A stretch of 64,000 bases of DNA. Source: Podarcis muralis. Its lineage: Eukaryota. The stretch covers positions 7,502,001 to 7,566,000 of the forward strand of contig NC_135664.1 in assembly GCF_964188315.1 (NCBI RefSeq), in the 5' to 3' direction. The first letter of the stretch is position 1, and each line of letters opens with the position of its first letter. Positions 11,589 to 24,700 of this stretch are shown here, piece by piece. The notes under the pieces were generated by a model. The model saw only the letters and a list, made by a program, of their open reading frames with translations, was not told where the DNA came from and made no database searches. The position numbers and the translations under genes were made by a program.

Positions 11589-12780
11589 TAAGCTGTAAAT
11601 GGGCATTTATATCCAGCTGGGGCCAGGCTGATCTTCCCTTCTGGTGGCCATGTGCCTCTGTTTCGTGGTGGCAGAGCCCAGAGTGGCTCCCAGGTCTCCT
11701 GGCAGCTGGAACTCTTGGTTTGTTTGGGGTTTTTTTTCTGGCTGGGAGGTCTTGGTCCTTCGGTTCTGCAGCCCTGGGGCAACCGGGGTTGCTTCCAGGT
11801 TGAGACATAGTTTGCAAACGTGCCACTGAGATCTCGGAAGCAGGTCTCTGGCAACAGGGCTGTTGGTTTTGTATCTGGATGTTCCCTGGGATACAAACCG
11901 GATTTTGCATGCCAACAACGCCATGCGGATACTGCAGAAAAAACTTGTGTGCATGAGGAGCACTGGTCGCACATCTGGAAGCACCCTAGGGGGAGAGCAG
12001 CTTCTGGCGATGTGATATCAAAAGAATAAAGGGCAGTCATTGCTTCAGATCAGGCCTACACAACTTGTAGCCCTCTTTAGGCTAAACCCACCCTTCCCTG
12101 TATTTGTAGTTCTAGCAGACAGTAAATGCAGCACGATCACCAGCCCTCTCATGGGCTGCTACAGATGCTCATGGGATGCCTTTTGAGCATCGGGGCACTT
12201 TGGTCCATCCGTCCCTGTATCTTCCTCAAGCCAACTTGTATCAAGCCAGCCAGCAGACGGATGACGCTTCTGGTGACTCATGGGAAGTTAAGTACCGGTA
12301 TATTTTGGCTCAGCAGATGTGCACATTGGCTTGCGTTCTGGCACTTGTAGATTGATTGAGGCATGTTCAGTCCAGTCACTGAGTCTAAGCCTCTTCCTCC
12401 CTGCCAGATACAGCCTTGGGTCCTTTTTATCAGCCTAGAACACATTTATCCTTAATGCACCTTGTTTCAATAGAATGGCTCCAGGCAGCGTTTTGCAGCA
12501 GAGGAGGCAAAGAGGGACAGCTGATCTTGTTCAGCCTTAAGTCTTTGGGGAAATCTCTTTCTCTGCCTGGCGAATAAGAGATGAGGTGGTCAAAATCACT
12601 GTCCTATCCAGGACGGAAGATTAATACCTCAATCTAGGAGCGAAAAAGGAAAAGGAAATTAAGCTGAACTTGTTTCTGTGTTGCCAAGGAAAGACTTCCG
12701 CAAGCTACTGAGGAAGGGAGGGTTGAGATCCTGTGAACAATGCAGTAAACAAAGTCCCTTTTATGAGCTGGACTGTAGTG

Positions 12781-13548
12781 CAGTGGCAGACCTACATTTT
12801 GGGGGGCACTGAAGCCTGAACTGATATGGGGGCCCCTTTGCCACCAGCAACAAGGGACTCAGCTATACAGCTGCAAATAAAAAGGTTTTAAGTGTGTTGT
12901 TGTAAAGTGCATTATACAGATGTGACACTAGACGGCGATGGTGAGCTATGGCAAATTCAATATATATATTTTTAAAAATTAAAAAGCATTTTCACAATGT
13001 TTTTTATATGTGTCTAGATTCCACCAAGGTCTGGGGAACCACTGCTATATTCTTAATGGGGTTGTTCCACAACATACACACGCGCACACACAAAAAAGCT
13101 ACATCATTTCAGATTTTGATTAAAATTGCTGCACTGGATTATCTCACATGTCAAAGCCACTGGTGTGAATAAAAATTTCCTATGCTGTATAATTTTCAAG
13201 TTATGGAAGGGAAATGAAAATAGGATTCAGAATGCAGCAGTCCGATTGGTCCACAGGAGCCACCCAATCCAGCTCCAGGTGGAAGTGAATCCGCAACCTG
13301 ATTGGCCTACAGGAGAATCCCAGAATTAGCCAATCACGTGGGGCCCATTGTGTAAATAATGTGTATAAAGCAGACATTCTGGGGGAACTTCCATTCCATT
13401 CACCACTATGAGCTGAATAAAGAGCATGAAATCCACTCTCGACTCCAAGTATATTTCAGCATCTAACAGAAGGTGAGGGGCGAGGGGCAGCAGATTTAGG
13501 TGTTGCACAGGCCACCGCTGAAATTTTAGATGCCAAGGTCTGCCACTG
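12781..13548. mobile_element. Old TIR element (hAT-like) enclosing a solo LTR
   Basis: Perfect 13-bp inverted pair CAGTGGCAGACCT (12781-12793) / AGGTCTGCCACTG (13536-13548). No matching TSD seen. Confidence 0.4.
13183..13461 (+). mobile_element. Solo LTR (probably Gypsy-type)
   Basis: TGCTG...CAGCA termini. Internal ATTGG/CCAAT boxes, GTATAAAG TATA-like box, then AATAAA about 45 bp before the end. Flanks CCTA/TCTA resemble a 4-bp TSD. Confidence 0.7.
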
Positions 13549-13838
13549 CAAATGGGGAGCATGCAACACAGCTAGTCTGTGACTGCTTTGGACTGTGGTT
13601 CATAGCTGCCTTGCAAGAGCCGCCTATCATGGATCAAAACTGCTGAAGCTCCGTCTGAATGGCAGAATCTTCTTTGTAGGAGAAGGCAGCTGTATTGCAG
13701 TGAGCAGCACCTTTCATGGGGTTGTGAAGGTGGCATCAGCAGTCCCACATGTGTACATGCGTACATTCTTTGTACCTGCGAACACAAATAGCCCAGATGC
13801 ACACTTGTGCAATTATTCACAGGTAACTAACCTGGGAG

Positions 13839-14260
13839 TAGTGATATATGGAAGTGAGAGCTGGACCATCAAGAAGGCTGATCGCCGAAGAATTGATGCT
13901 TTTGAATTATGGTGCTGGAGGAGACTCTTGAGAGTCCCATGGACTGCAAGAAAATCAAACCTATCCATTCCTAAGGAAATCAGCCCTGAGTGCTCACTGG
14001 AAGGGCAGATCGTGAAGCTGAGGCTCCAATACTTTGGCCACCTCATGAGAAGAGAAGACTCCCTGGAAGAGACCCTGATGTTGGGAAAGATAGAGGGCAC
14101 AAGGAGAAGGGGACGACAGAGGACGAGATGGTTGGACAGTGTTCTCGAAGCTACCAGCATGAGTTTGACCAAACTGCGGGAGGCAGTGGAGGACAGGAGT
14201 GCCTGGCATGCTCTGGTCCATGGGGTCACAAAGAGTCGGACACGACTAAACAACAACAAC
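13839..14260 (+). mobile_element. RTE-clade BovB LINE, 5'-truncated 3' fragment
   Basis: Open frame YGSESWTIKKADRRRIDAFELWCWRRLLRVPWTARKSN..LKLQYFGHLMRR..TLMLGKIEG.RRRGRQR..WLD..GVTKSRTRL, the characteristic BovB C-terminus, followed by a (CAA)n tail. Confidence 0.93.
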
Positions 14261-15050
14261 TAACTTTCAGTGAGCATGCTGTCTGTGAACCTGCACGGAC
14301 AATAGCTGAGCTGCCCAAATCGGCAAGTGTACAGTCTTCCACGCAAACACTTGCTTACGCTTAGAGGCAGCTTGTTTGTGTGTTCCGTGTAACAAATGAG
14401 CAAGCCTTGCTCTCCGAGATAAGCCTGGTGCTAGATAACACACTGCTGTGAAAGAAGAGTAGAGGTATTACCGTTCTTTCGATTGCAAAATTGAATTATT
14501 GCCTCGGGCATGATGCTGGAGGTTCTCCTGCTTCCATATAATCTCCGGAGATGGAGAGATCCATTATTGATACTCTAGGCGTGGGTTGCATTAAATTTTT
14601 CATGACAGCTAATTTCAATAGCACCTTTCATTGCGCAGTATACTCTCAACCCACCAGGGTCCTCTCTGTGCTTCCCTCTCTCATGTCTCAAGGCTGACAG
14701 ATGGATAGCGGCATGCAGCTTGCCTCGCAAGAGCCAGTGAAGAATGGCCGCCTCCATCTTGCCTCAATTTCTCAGCAATGGGGAACCAAGCTATTTTTTA
14801 CCTCTTGTCATGCCAAGTGCCCTCCTTCTGCATAATGTGCTGACAAAGGATGGCAATCCCGTTCTTTTTCCCAAGGTGACAGAATTGTAGAGGACATAAG
14901 GATACAACTGCGTTTGGCTAAAGCTGTGTACGTTTCCTTCGGAGCGAGTCCCACTGAACTCAGTGAGACTTTTCCCAAATAAACGTGCATTGGGCTGGGC
15001 TGTGAGAGATCTGGGGACCATCGCGAGAGGCTGCTGCAGGATTAATCTCT

Positions 15051-15748
15051 TTTTTAAAAATAATATTTATTACTTTTACAACAATTTAAGCACTACAATA
15101 TAAAAACAATACAGTACAATACAAAAACACTACATAACACTAAAACATTAAACTAACAAGACAAAACAGAAACAATTTAAAAACACATCAAAAAGAAAGA
15201 AAGAAATTTCAATATCTTATCTTTCTTTCACATGTTTCAACGACCTCCTCACACCTCCCTTTTTGTATTCCACTTCTATTAATTATTTCAGCAATTCCTT
15301 TCCATCTTCCCGTATTTTCTATCCTATAATTATCTTAACACAAACTAACCTTATTTTTTCCTTTAATGTTCTATTAACCTATTTATACTTAATTCCTTAT
15401 AACCTTTCTACTAAAGCCATATAACTTCATTCCAACATTCTTTTAACATTCATTAATTTTACAATATTTCTGTAAATAGTCTTTAAACTTTTTCCAGTCT
15501 TCTTCCACCGACTCCTCTCCCTGGTCTCGGATTCTGCCAGTCATTTCCGCCAATTCCATGTAGTCCATCAACTTCATCTGCCATTCTTCCCGGGTGGGTA
15601 AATCTTGTGTCTTCCAATACTTCGCGATGAGTATTCTTGCTGCTGTTGTTGCATACATAAAGAAAGTTCTATCCTTCTTTAATACCAATTGGCCGACCAT
15701 GCCCAGGAGAAAGGCCTCTAGTTTCTTCAAGAAGGTATATTTAAATAC
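15051..15748 (-). mobile_element. 5'-truncated L1 with target-site duplication
   Basis: ORF 15443-15730 is a close homolog of 49-378. 20-bp TSD CTGCTGCAGGAT(T/G)AATCTCT at 15031-15050 and 15749-15768. Confidence 0.92.
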
Positions 15749-15904
15749 CTGCTGCAGGATGAATCTCTGATAGCAGGACAGAGGTGAGGAGAGGGAAACC
15801 TGCAGTCTTTACATTTTAGGCTGACTTGTAAATCCTTCCTCGTTCCCATGAATTAGGCCCAGAAAATAAACTGACAATCAGTGCAGCTGTTTTAAAATGG
15901 GAGC

Positions 15905-16260
15905 TACCGGAAACTTGTTTTGATGAATTGGAAGAGCCGCAAAAAGATTCCATTGAGCACATGGATTGATAATATGGACAGATTAGATACATACGAACAA
16001 ATTGCATGTCAACACAAAATAAGAATGGATAAATATGAAGAAATCTCGAACGAATATTTAAGCGATAAGGCGGATAGTGGTGGGAAGTAGGGGGAGGAGA
16101 GAGAGGTGGGAAAATGTTGTTTAAAAAGGTGTAGTCGTAGGTATATCAGTGTATCCAAATCTCAATTGTCAAATTGTGTTATTATTGTTTTTATGTTTTT
16201 TGTTGTATGTGTCTTTTGTGGTTGATGTTTGTATCGAAAAAACGATTAAACAAATTAACC
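15905..16260 (+). mobile_element. L1/Tx1-like 3' fragment (third family)
   Basis: LMNWKSRKKIPLSTWIDNMDRLDTYEQIACQHKIRMDKYEEI resembles LINE ORF2 termini, followed by a GT-rich 3'UTR. Confidence 0.5.
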
Positions 16261-17615
16261 CTTGAACACTTTAAAAAAGGGGGGGTTACCTGAGTTCTAA
16301 ATGGATCCCCCAGTCGGTAAATCTGCATTTTGGACCCACCTGAAGTCTCCAAATCATCTTCAAGAGCAGCCCCACAAAAAGCATGTTGGGACCATCCAGT
16401 CTGGAGGTTACCAGAGTATCATAGTGCTGAGCTCTTCAGCTATAGCACAGATCCACTCAACCCAGATGAGGGCACACCTTGTGTTGCCTGTATTGCTTCT
16501 CCTTTAGCATATCTGGAGTCAGAGGCACCAGTCTTCCAAAATTGTAGGGGCCTGGCATGATTTGTGCATGTGTGATGCCACACACAAAAGGCTTGGCTCC
16601 CAACACCGCGCAGACCACTGCAGTCTTCCACGACATCGTTTCTTCTGGATGAGGCTGAGCGCTCTGGCGGAGCCGGGTACTGAAGCTGTGCTGTGCGTCA
16701 CAGAGAAAAATAATGATTTTTGCTTGCTCTTTTGCTTCTGCTTTCTGATGCCTTAACGTTTCCATTAGTGCGCTTAATAAGGATGTGGCACACTGCACTA
16801 AGTGCACCATTGGTTTACTTTAAATGTGCCCATAAATCGTTGCATTCCTGAAACTGTTCACCCCTTTCTTTGGGGGGGTCACTCATTGAGAGAAAAAGGG
16901 GAGGCCGCTGGCTTGCGACTGCCTGCTCCTCTCTCGCTTTGGCAGCCTCCCGTTCACAATTCCATGCGCACTGGCGATCTTTCGCCTGCAGCAAGGACGG
17001 AATTTGGCATTTGCTAGGGGTTTCTGGAGCGAGGCTGAGGTTTCCAACCAAAAGAAGCCTTCTATGGGAGTAAACAAATTGAAAGAACAAACAGCCAGAG
17101 ACCACACATATGGTTAATGACAACATCTTGCAATTGGAAGTGGCAGATGCTGCTGTTGAAAGAATAGCCTACAGGAAGAGTCGCAAGCTGTTTTTGTGGA
17201 AGGCTTGTGGCTCTGTACCGGAGCACCCACTTTGCATGCAAAAGGTCCCAGATTCAGTTCCTGGCATCTCTGAGTTGGGCTGGGAAAGGCTGAGGCTTCA
17301 GAGAGCCACTGCTAGTCAGATGAGCTAATGGCCGTGATAGAAGGGGACTTCCTGTGCTGCTTCGGTTTTGACTTTTGTGCCACAGTAGGTACAAACATGT
17401 GCTGTGATGAAGACAGAGAAATCATATTGCATCAGATTTCACGTTTTCCACCTGCAATTTGTTCTCTCTTCACCCACCAGTCCAGCTCTTGTGTCCCCAG
17501 TAATTTTTCCCCTGCTGAACCATCCTAATCAATTTCCATAATTTATCCACAGTCCCAGTGCCAATGGGATTTCTCAGTGCTGGAACTTGGGCTCTCAGAT
17601 TTCAGTGGTGCCTCT

Positions 17616-17835
17616 TAGGGTTGCCATATTTCAAAAAGTAAAAACCAGGACACCCTGAATGAGTTTTGTTTTGTTTTTGTTTTGTTTTTTTAGGAAACCA
17701 CCAAAATTGTTGATTTTTTGATTGACTTGCCTAAGATCCAAGACAAAGCACCGCCTTTCGGAAATTCCCTCCGGACGTCAATTCCACCTTTGAAATCCAT
17801 AATGTCCAGAAAAATCCAGATGTATGGCAGTCCTA
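17616..17835. mobile_element. hAT-like MITE
   Basis: TAGGGTTGCCATA / TATGGCAGTCCTA terminal inverted repeats. TSD not preserved. Confidence 0.6.
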
Positions 17836-18574
17836 GTTCCATTCTAAATAATAGTTGTGGCATCCCTTGTGCTCCCCTAAATCCGCCTCTGGACAAACCT
17901 TGGCCCCCGGCCCTATGTCAGTATCCCCTGCAAAGGTTAAGGAGAGAGGTCCCTACCCAGGCATAATGTTAGTGAATAATGCTAAAGGCTGGCTATATGC
18001 CTTCAACCCAACACAGTTACCCCAAGCTAGCTGTTTGGCAGTCAGAGCTATATGAAAAAAGGGCTCTGTTTGCCTTCTGCCCTGTTGTTAACTGTGCAAA
18101 CAAGCGGTTATCTTATTTACAATGGAAATGCTACACCTTTACTTACTAGGGGAAAAGGCTGTGTTAATAACCTATTCTGGGACTTCAGTACTATGTTTGG
18201 AAGTAGTCCAGCCTTTTCCGATGCAGGTCTCCTCTTTCATCACAACCTGCAACAGAGGAGGCCTGCTTCTGATTGTTTCCTTTAGGTGTCTTCCTCCTTT
18301 CTCTTTTATTTTCTTTTTTAAAAAGAATAAGCCCAAAAGTTTTAACGATAGTAAAGACAAAATCCAAATGCTGGTGGTTTTCCTTAAGCTAGACCAAGAT
18401 ATGCAACCAGACCTATCCGTTGAAGATCAGGCCAGAGCCATGGTCCCCCGTGAATCACTTGAACATTGTTGAGGGTCTTAGCAGACCGTTTTATGGCCCT
18501 TCTGCTGGTACTCTTTGAATTCCATAGATAAAACATAACAGAAATAGAAGAGGCAACAAAAACACAATTCAAAA

Positions 18575-18800
18575 TCAATATGCATTGCAGTAGTCCAAGA
18601 GGGAGATAACCAGCGCATGTACCACTCTGGCAAGACAGTGCACAGGTGGGTGGGGTCTCAGCTGGCATATCAGATGGCCCTGGACACAGAACCTGTGTCT
18701 CCCTGGACAGCTGTGACTCCAGTATGACCCCCCAGGTGCACAGCTGGTCCTTCAGTGGTATAGTTACTCCATTCAGGACCAGGAAAAGTACACTAAAGGG
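18575..18800 (-). mobile_element. L2 LINE internal fragment
   Basis: The reverse strand has GVILESQLS followed by a degenerate VVHALVISLLDYCNA, homologous to 55540-55600. Confidence 0.65.
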
Positions 18801-21159
18801 GAGGGGTAAAAAGCAGCTCTTTAGGACCACCAGAATTCCTATTGCCTAGGGTCCAAACAACTCACTTATCCATCAGACTTCTGAGGTCACTTGTTGGCTG
18901 AAAACATTGCAAGGTGGAAGCAGCCAGGCTGACTCATCTCAAAGAAATTGATAAGGTACCTAAACATTTTGCTTCGTAACTTTTTAGGACACACAAACTC
19001 TATCTCTGTAATGAAAACTCAGAGTCTGGGGGCCTTTCTGGCTGTGGGTCCAGTACATCAGGACCTGCTGCTCCAGCTTCTCATATAGCCCTAGTCCTAA
19101 CCACAGGCTTAGCCTAAAGGACATAAGGAGAGGAGAGGGCATAAAGTTAGACTATTAGGATAGCAGAAAGAACTGGTCACATGAAGCTGATTAGAACTTT
19201 TAATAGATAGGCACTTATATTATCAGCTGGGAGAGGATTCTGTTGAATGGAACATTCTTATACATATGTTATCAAATATTATCAAAGATTGCTGCATTCC
19301 CTGCTGGCTAGTCTGCTACCGCCAGGAGTGTGTCACCTGTGTTGAAATAAAACTCAGTTGCCCATCTTGCCAGTTTCTTTGCACAGAATATGGAGTATGG
19401 CCAACCTGTCTCCTCTCAGGCAGCAAAAAGTCCCTGCACAGAGTTATCCCTATGTGGCTCTCCTCCTGCAGTGGAAATTTAAGTTTCTTCCTAGTGTGGA
19501 GGCTTGATTGGTTAATTAGTACTGCTACTGGAGGGGGGAGCAGAGTTTAAAAATAAGGAAACCTGGACCCATTTCAGGACAGCTGGTGAATGATTTATAA
19601 ATCTACAAATAAGGAAGTGGCTGAGAAGAGGAGGGGGGAGAACAGGCAAGCTCTTTGATCCACAGAAAATCACAAGCGGTTCCAAGGGTCTGATATGATA
19701 GTTAAGAGTCTGGCTCTCCCCATTTATGTGAATATGAAGTTAGTGTGTTGATTAAAAAAAAAGGAGGAATGGAGGCATAAATACATTTATGGAAGAATGG
19801 AAAGGTTAACTGAGGGAGTTGCATGTTATATTTGTGGCAAAATAATAAAACAGTTTGCACAAGGCTGCAGCTGCTCTTTTATTTCTCATTTTTGTTTTGA
19901 CTTTCAGTTTTGTCCTGCATTTTCTGGTGGTGGGGGAGGGAATAAATATCCGGCCAATGGTTTGGACCTGATTTAAATATACAAGTATTTAGCATGCATG
20001 GTTTTTATTATTTAAATCTCAGTCATGGCAATGGGGAATAAAATCAGAACTTGGACCATGGCACAGGGAAGGCTTTTTAACCATTTCCCCACACACTGCT
20101 CTCTGAAAGATAATCCTGCCCCACACTGCTATTCTATACTTGTTCATCTTGCATTTTAAAGATATGGCAAGAAAGGTTGGAAACCGTATGCAAGATTCCA
20201 TAAATTCCATATGAATTTAGCTTCCACATTTGACATTAGTGTTGTTCACTTATTTTGTTTTGTGTGCCTGAGACTCCTGCCAGTCTTAATAATATTAATA
20301 ATGTCTCCCGAATGACCATTAGTTACCTCACACTTATTCCAATATCTCCAGATAGCACCTATACTGAGATTGTGATAATGTGCACATTTAACTGAATAGA
20401 TTAAAAAGCAGAGCATCCATCCATTAAAAACTTAATTGATGGGCGGTCATAGTGGCAGTGCACCAAGACTAAATAAAACTATGCACAATAACGAGATGAA
20501 ATGTAATATACATATCTTTTGCACACTGAATGTGACGAAACTTTTGTTTTTCTAAAAGGGGAAAGATTGTGTGTGTTCTAACAAAAAGGAACACTAGGGG
20601 GCACCAGACATCTCCCTAGAATCTCAACATCCCTATTTCAGGTACGTTTATTTTCTCAATACTGTATTTTGTTTACATAGATCTCTCCACTCACCACTGT
20701 GTTTTAAGAACAGCATTGGTATGGTCTGGGGTGTTGCACCTGGACCCAGAAGAGTTCAAATTCCTGCTCGTCCATTATTACCATTAGCAAGATACATTTT
20801 AGGCTCAGTTCCCGCATTATGGAACAGAGAAAATGTTGTAAATCTCCCTTAAATGGTTTTGAGGCTAATGTTGGTAAATGACTTTCCCCACTATGCAGAT
20901 AGGGACAGGATAGGTTCTTACTGGCTGGTGTCAGCAATGACAAGGACCAGGTTTATCCCCCACCTAATTAGTGGTGTCCCAAAATGTATCCCTTTTAGAA
21001 GAACATAGAACCTGAGTTTTGTAGATTCTCCTACCTAGGCAAACATGTCCCATTCATTCTTATGGGATAGTTATAAATCGCTACACTTGAAGATGGGAGA
21101 ACCTGCAATTGGGAAAACAGAGTCCGACAGATCACCTGTTTGCAGGTGTTTAATGGGTA

Positions 21160-21398
21160 GGGGCGCAGGTGGCGCTGTGGTCTAAACCACTGAGCCTAGG
21201 GCTTACCAATCGGAAGGTCCCAGACGGCGTTTCCGTGCACTGCTCTGGTTTCGCCAGAAGCGGCTTAGTCATGCTGGCCACATGACCCGGGAAAACTGTC
21301 TGTGGACAAACGTTGGCTCCCCTGGCCAGTAAAGTGAGATGAGCGCTGCAACCCGAGTTGTTCACAACTGGACTTAACTGTCAGGGATCCTTTACCTT
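21160..21398 (+). mobile_element. Sauria SINE with internal deletion
   Basis: Head and tail present but the B-box region is missing. Flanked by AATGGGT on both sides. Confidence 0.8.
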
Positions 21399-21423
21399 TC
21401 AATGGGTGGTTAGGAGAGCTGTA

Positions 21424-21723
21424 GGGACACGATCAGAAGGTTGGTGGTTCGAATCCCCACAATGGGGCGAGCTCCCGTTGCTCCCTGCCTCTGCCAACCT
21501 AGCAGTTCGAAAGCATGTCAAAGTGCAAGTAGATAAATAGGTACCACTCCGGCGGGAAGGTAAACAGCATTTCTGTGCGCTGCTCTGGTTCGCCAGAAGC
21601 GGCTTAGTCATGCTGGCCACATGACCCGGAAGCTGTACGCTGGCTCCCTTGGCCAGTAAAGCGAGAGGAGTGCCGCAACCCCAGAGGTCACAACTGTACC
21701 TAATGGTCAGGGGTCCCTTTACC
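21424..21723 (+). mobile_element. Sauria SINE lacking the A-box region
   Basis: GGGACACG is joined directly to ATCAGAAGG. 12-bp TSD TAGGAGAGCTGT at 21411-21422 and 21724-21735. Confidence 0.85.
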
Positions 21724-24700
21724 TAGGAGAGCTGTGCTATTCCACAAGGCAGGGGAAGGTTTGGACCAGTTTTCCTTCTAGATGGGCTGCCTTCCCAGGG
21801 GATGAGCCCCATCTGCCCCCCACTTCCCTCTACAGCACACGCAGAAAGCACTTTCTTAACCACTGGACTCACTATTGGTCTTGTCCAACCTGCCAGAGCT
21901 TGTCTTCACATGAAAAGGAAGTCCCTAAGCCACCAAAGGTTTTAGATAACATTGGCTACCCTCACCTGGTTTAGCCAGCCGGTCAGTCATTCCTGCGGTG
22001 GGGCTGTTTCTAAGAGCCACAGGTGAGAGCCAAGTGCAGTGGTGACCAAAGGTGGACATACTACTCCAGCAGAACAGTGTCCCCCCGCCAGTTACTACCC
22101 CTGCCCTAGCACCCCAACTCTCAAGTGCATGAAAAAACTTGTGTATTCATTAGGCACTGCCCCAATTACTTAGGAAGCCAAAACATCCTTGCCCGACACC
22201 GAAATGAAAAAGTTGGCACCAGATAGATCTCCCTGGGGAAAGTGTTTGAGAGATGGAGAAGCTACTGAAGAAAAAGCCCACCCCCCTTGGAACTGATATG
22301 CAGGGGAGCCTCCAGTAACGACCTCAGGCTCTGGGGCAGGTTCACATGCAGAAAAGGGACAAGCTGTGGGGGTGATAATGAATTGGCACTCTGCATGTGT
22401 CAATCTTCAGAAGACCTAGCGTGAAAGTGTAAGAATCAGAGAAACACTGTAGAAAGGGGTTTGGTGGCTGCATTCTTTTTGCAATTGCTGGGCTTGATCC
22501 TAAGAAGTTAGAACTTGCTGCACTCCATAAAACATTTTTTTTATGCACGGGCCAACACCTATTTCTAATTAAGCAAAACCGGTTATGAGACAATGGTTAT
22601 AAAATGATTTTTTAAAAAAATTAATTGTATTTTCAGTTTCTACTTTTTTCCCTTGGTCATTTTGTGCATGTGAGGAAGAAATACAAGAATAGATTGGGCA
22701 CTTTTTTCCCCCAGAGGGGAAATGGTTCAACCCAGAGTGATTTCTTAAAACAATCGTTGTAGTGGCTTAAACTGCAAGTTCGTAGTTTGTTATGTAAGAA
22801 TCCACTTCCTGAGCAGCAAGAGGCCTATTAATATTGTTTTGCATTTCCTGGGGCTGGGCTTCTCCGTTTGCTTATTAGAGGCAAAAAAAGGCATAAAACT
22901 CTCTATACAGAGCTTTCTCATTCCCCACTCTTGTTTTTAAAAGAAACCTGAGACTCTGAAATGCAGTGTTGGGGAACAAGGACTTCAGTTCCACTCATCT
23001 GTGAACATTAGCCATGTAGTCTGGGGGTGGTGGGAGTGCAACAATATTTGGGTCACAGGTACGTTATCACTTATTTCTTCCTCTTTATACCTTCCAGCAA
23101 GGGAGAAGAGCAAATGAAGACAGGTACAGTAGGGAAGCAGTGGCAAAACCCTTTCTCAAAGCTCAGGAGCTAAAGAAACAGTGGGTAACCTTTTGCAAAT
23201 GTCAACTCGGCCACTTCGTGTGATCCACTTGGTTTATTTTATGCCAGTGCTGCTACACTGAGCAATGCCACAATGTGTTGAATAGCTGTGAGGCTATATT
23301 AAAAGATGAGCAAACTGCTGTTCCTGTCCAGTTGAGTTTGTGCTTTGTGTTTACTTTTTTAACAAGACGGTGCCCTTAACCAGTAGAGGGCCCCATCTGT
23401 TTGCATAGGGATGTGCCAAGGAAGTTCTGAAATGCCTTTCCAGCTGCAGTTTCCACATAGCCCTTGAAAAATCAGATTAGAGGCACAAAAGCAAAGCCGA
23501 ACAATAGGCATTCCTGTCAGCCGCTGCTGTGAACAGGATGTCTTGGGAGCTCGTGTGAGCTGTTTCAAAGTCCTTAGTAAATAGCCAGACACATAGACAG
23601 CATTTATTCAGTTTTATTGCAGGAAGGAGAGTGTATTTCTAACATCTTTCATTCCAGTTCTAAGTCTGTTATTATATACTGGCAGGCAATACTTGAAGGC
23701 GTAGCAGCTCTAGAGGACAGGGTTCCTGGATTTTCATTACTGTCTAGGAGGAATATCATCAGCTCTCAGCTCTTTGGTAGCCTATCGCCAGAACCATTTA
23801 TTTGTGAAAATACAGGAAAACAAAGCTGGAAAACAAAACTTCAGTTTGACTTACCATTTATCACCCCGTAAGAAGGCAAGTTTTGTGGTTTTTCTAACTT
23901 CCTGTTTACAAAACTCTTCACATTAACTTGTCTGCTAGGAAACCGCTGCCGTGTTCTAGAGGGCAAATGCAGGATACCCGGGGTGTTAGCCAGACCTTAC
24001 TGCATAAAATGGGAGTGCTTGCCCTTTCTCATTTATTGATGAACAGTTCAAAAGTCTGTAAAGAATAAAAATTCTTATTTGCACTATTAAGGGGTTATTC
24101 ACCCATGCATATATATCCCTTGATGACTTGCAGCAGGCTAAGTATGTTGATCTTTAGGTGAGTAAAGCTCTGTCTGGAACTTTCACAGATGCAGGTCATT
24201 GCTTGATGTTGGAGTTAAGTTCAGATATGAACCAAGGCTTGGCAAGACTAACAGGTGTAAATTCCGCTCTCTGTCCTATTTGCCACCATGCCAGAGCAAG
24301 CAGGACTGCTTTGTCCCACAGCCTCCAGAAGTGGAAGACAGAGAGGCATAAGTTGGGAGAAGCCAGTTTCACTTTATGTTCAGTCTCGGTGTTCTTCGGC
24401 TATGCAAGCCAGCAATAAAGAAAGATGGGGGGGGGGGGGTCTGTAAGAGATGGAATTTAAAATGGAAAGTTTCTCTGACAAGTTCAGAGAACTCCCTTTG
24501 CTGCCTTCAAGAGCTCTGAGAAGTATGTGAGGGTGAGAAAGAGTTAAAAGTCTGCCTTGAGCTCACCCAGCGAGTTGAAAGCTGGAAAGCTGGACAGGGA
24601 TTGAAATCCTTCCTCCCTGGTCCAAGGCCAAAACTCTTATCAACTCCCCAACACCAGTGTTTTGAAGTCTAGACATAGTTGAGAAAAACTCCCACCTCAT

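Noticed and set aside
13595-14263. 222-aa ORF as a host gene
   Set aside because: The C-terminal ~140 aa are BovB ORF, and the N-terminal part is chance read-through of flanking DNA.
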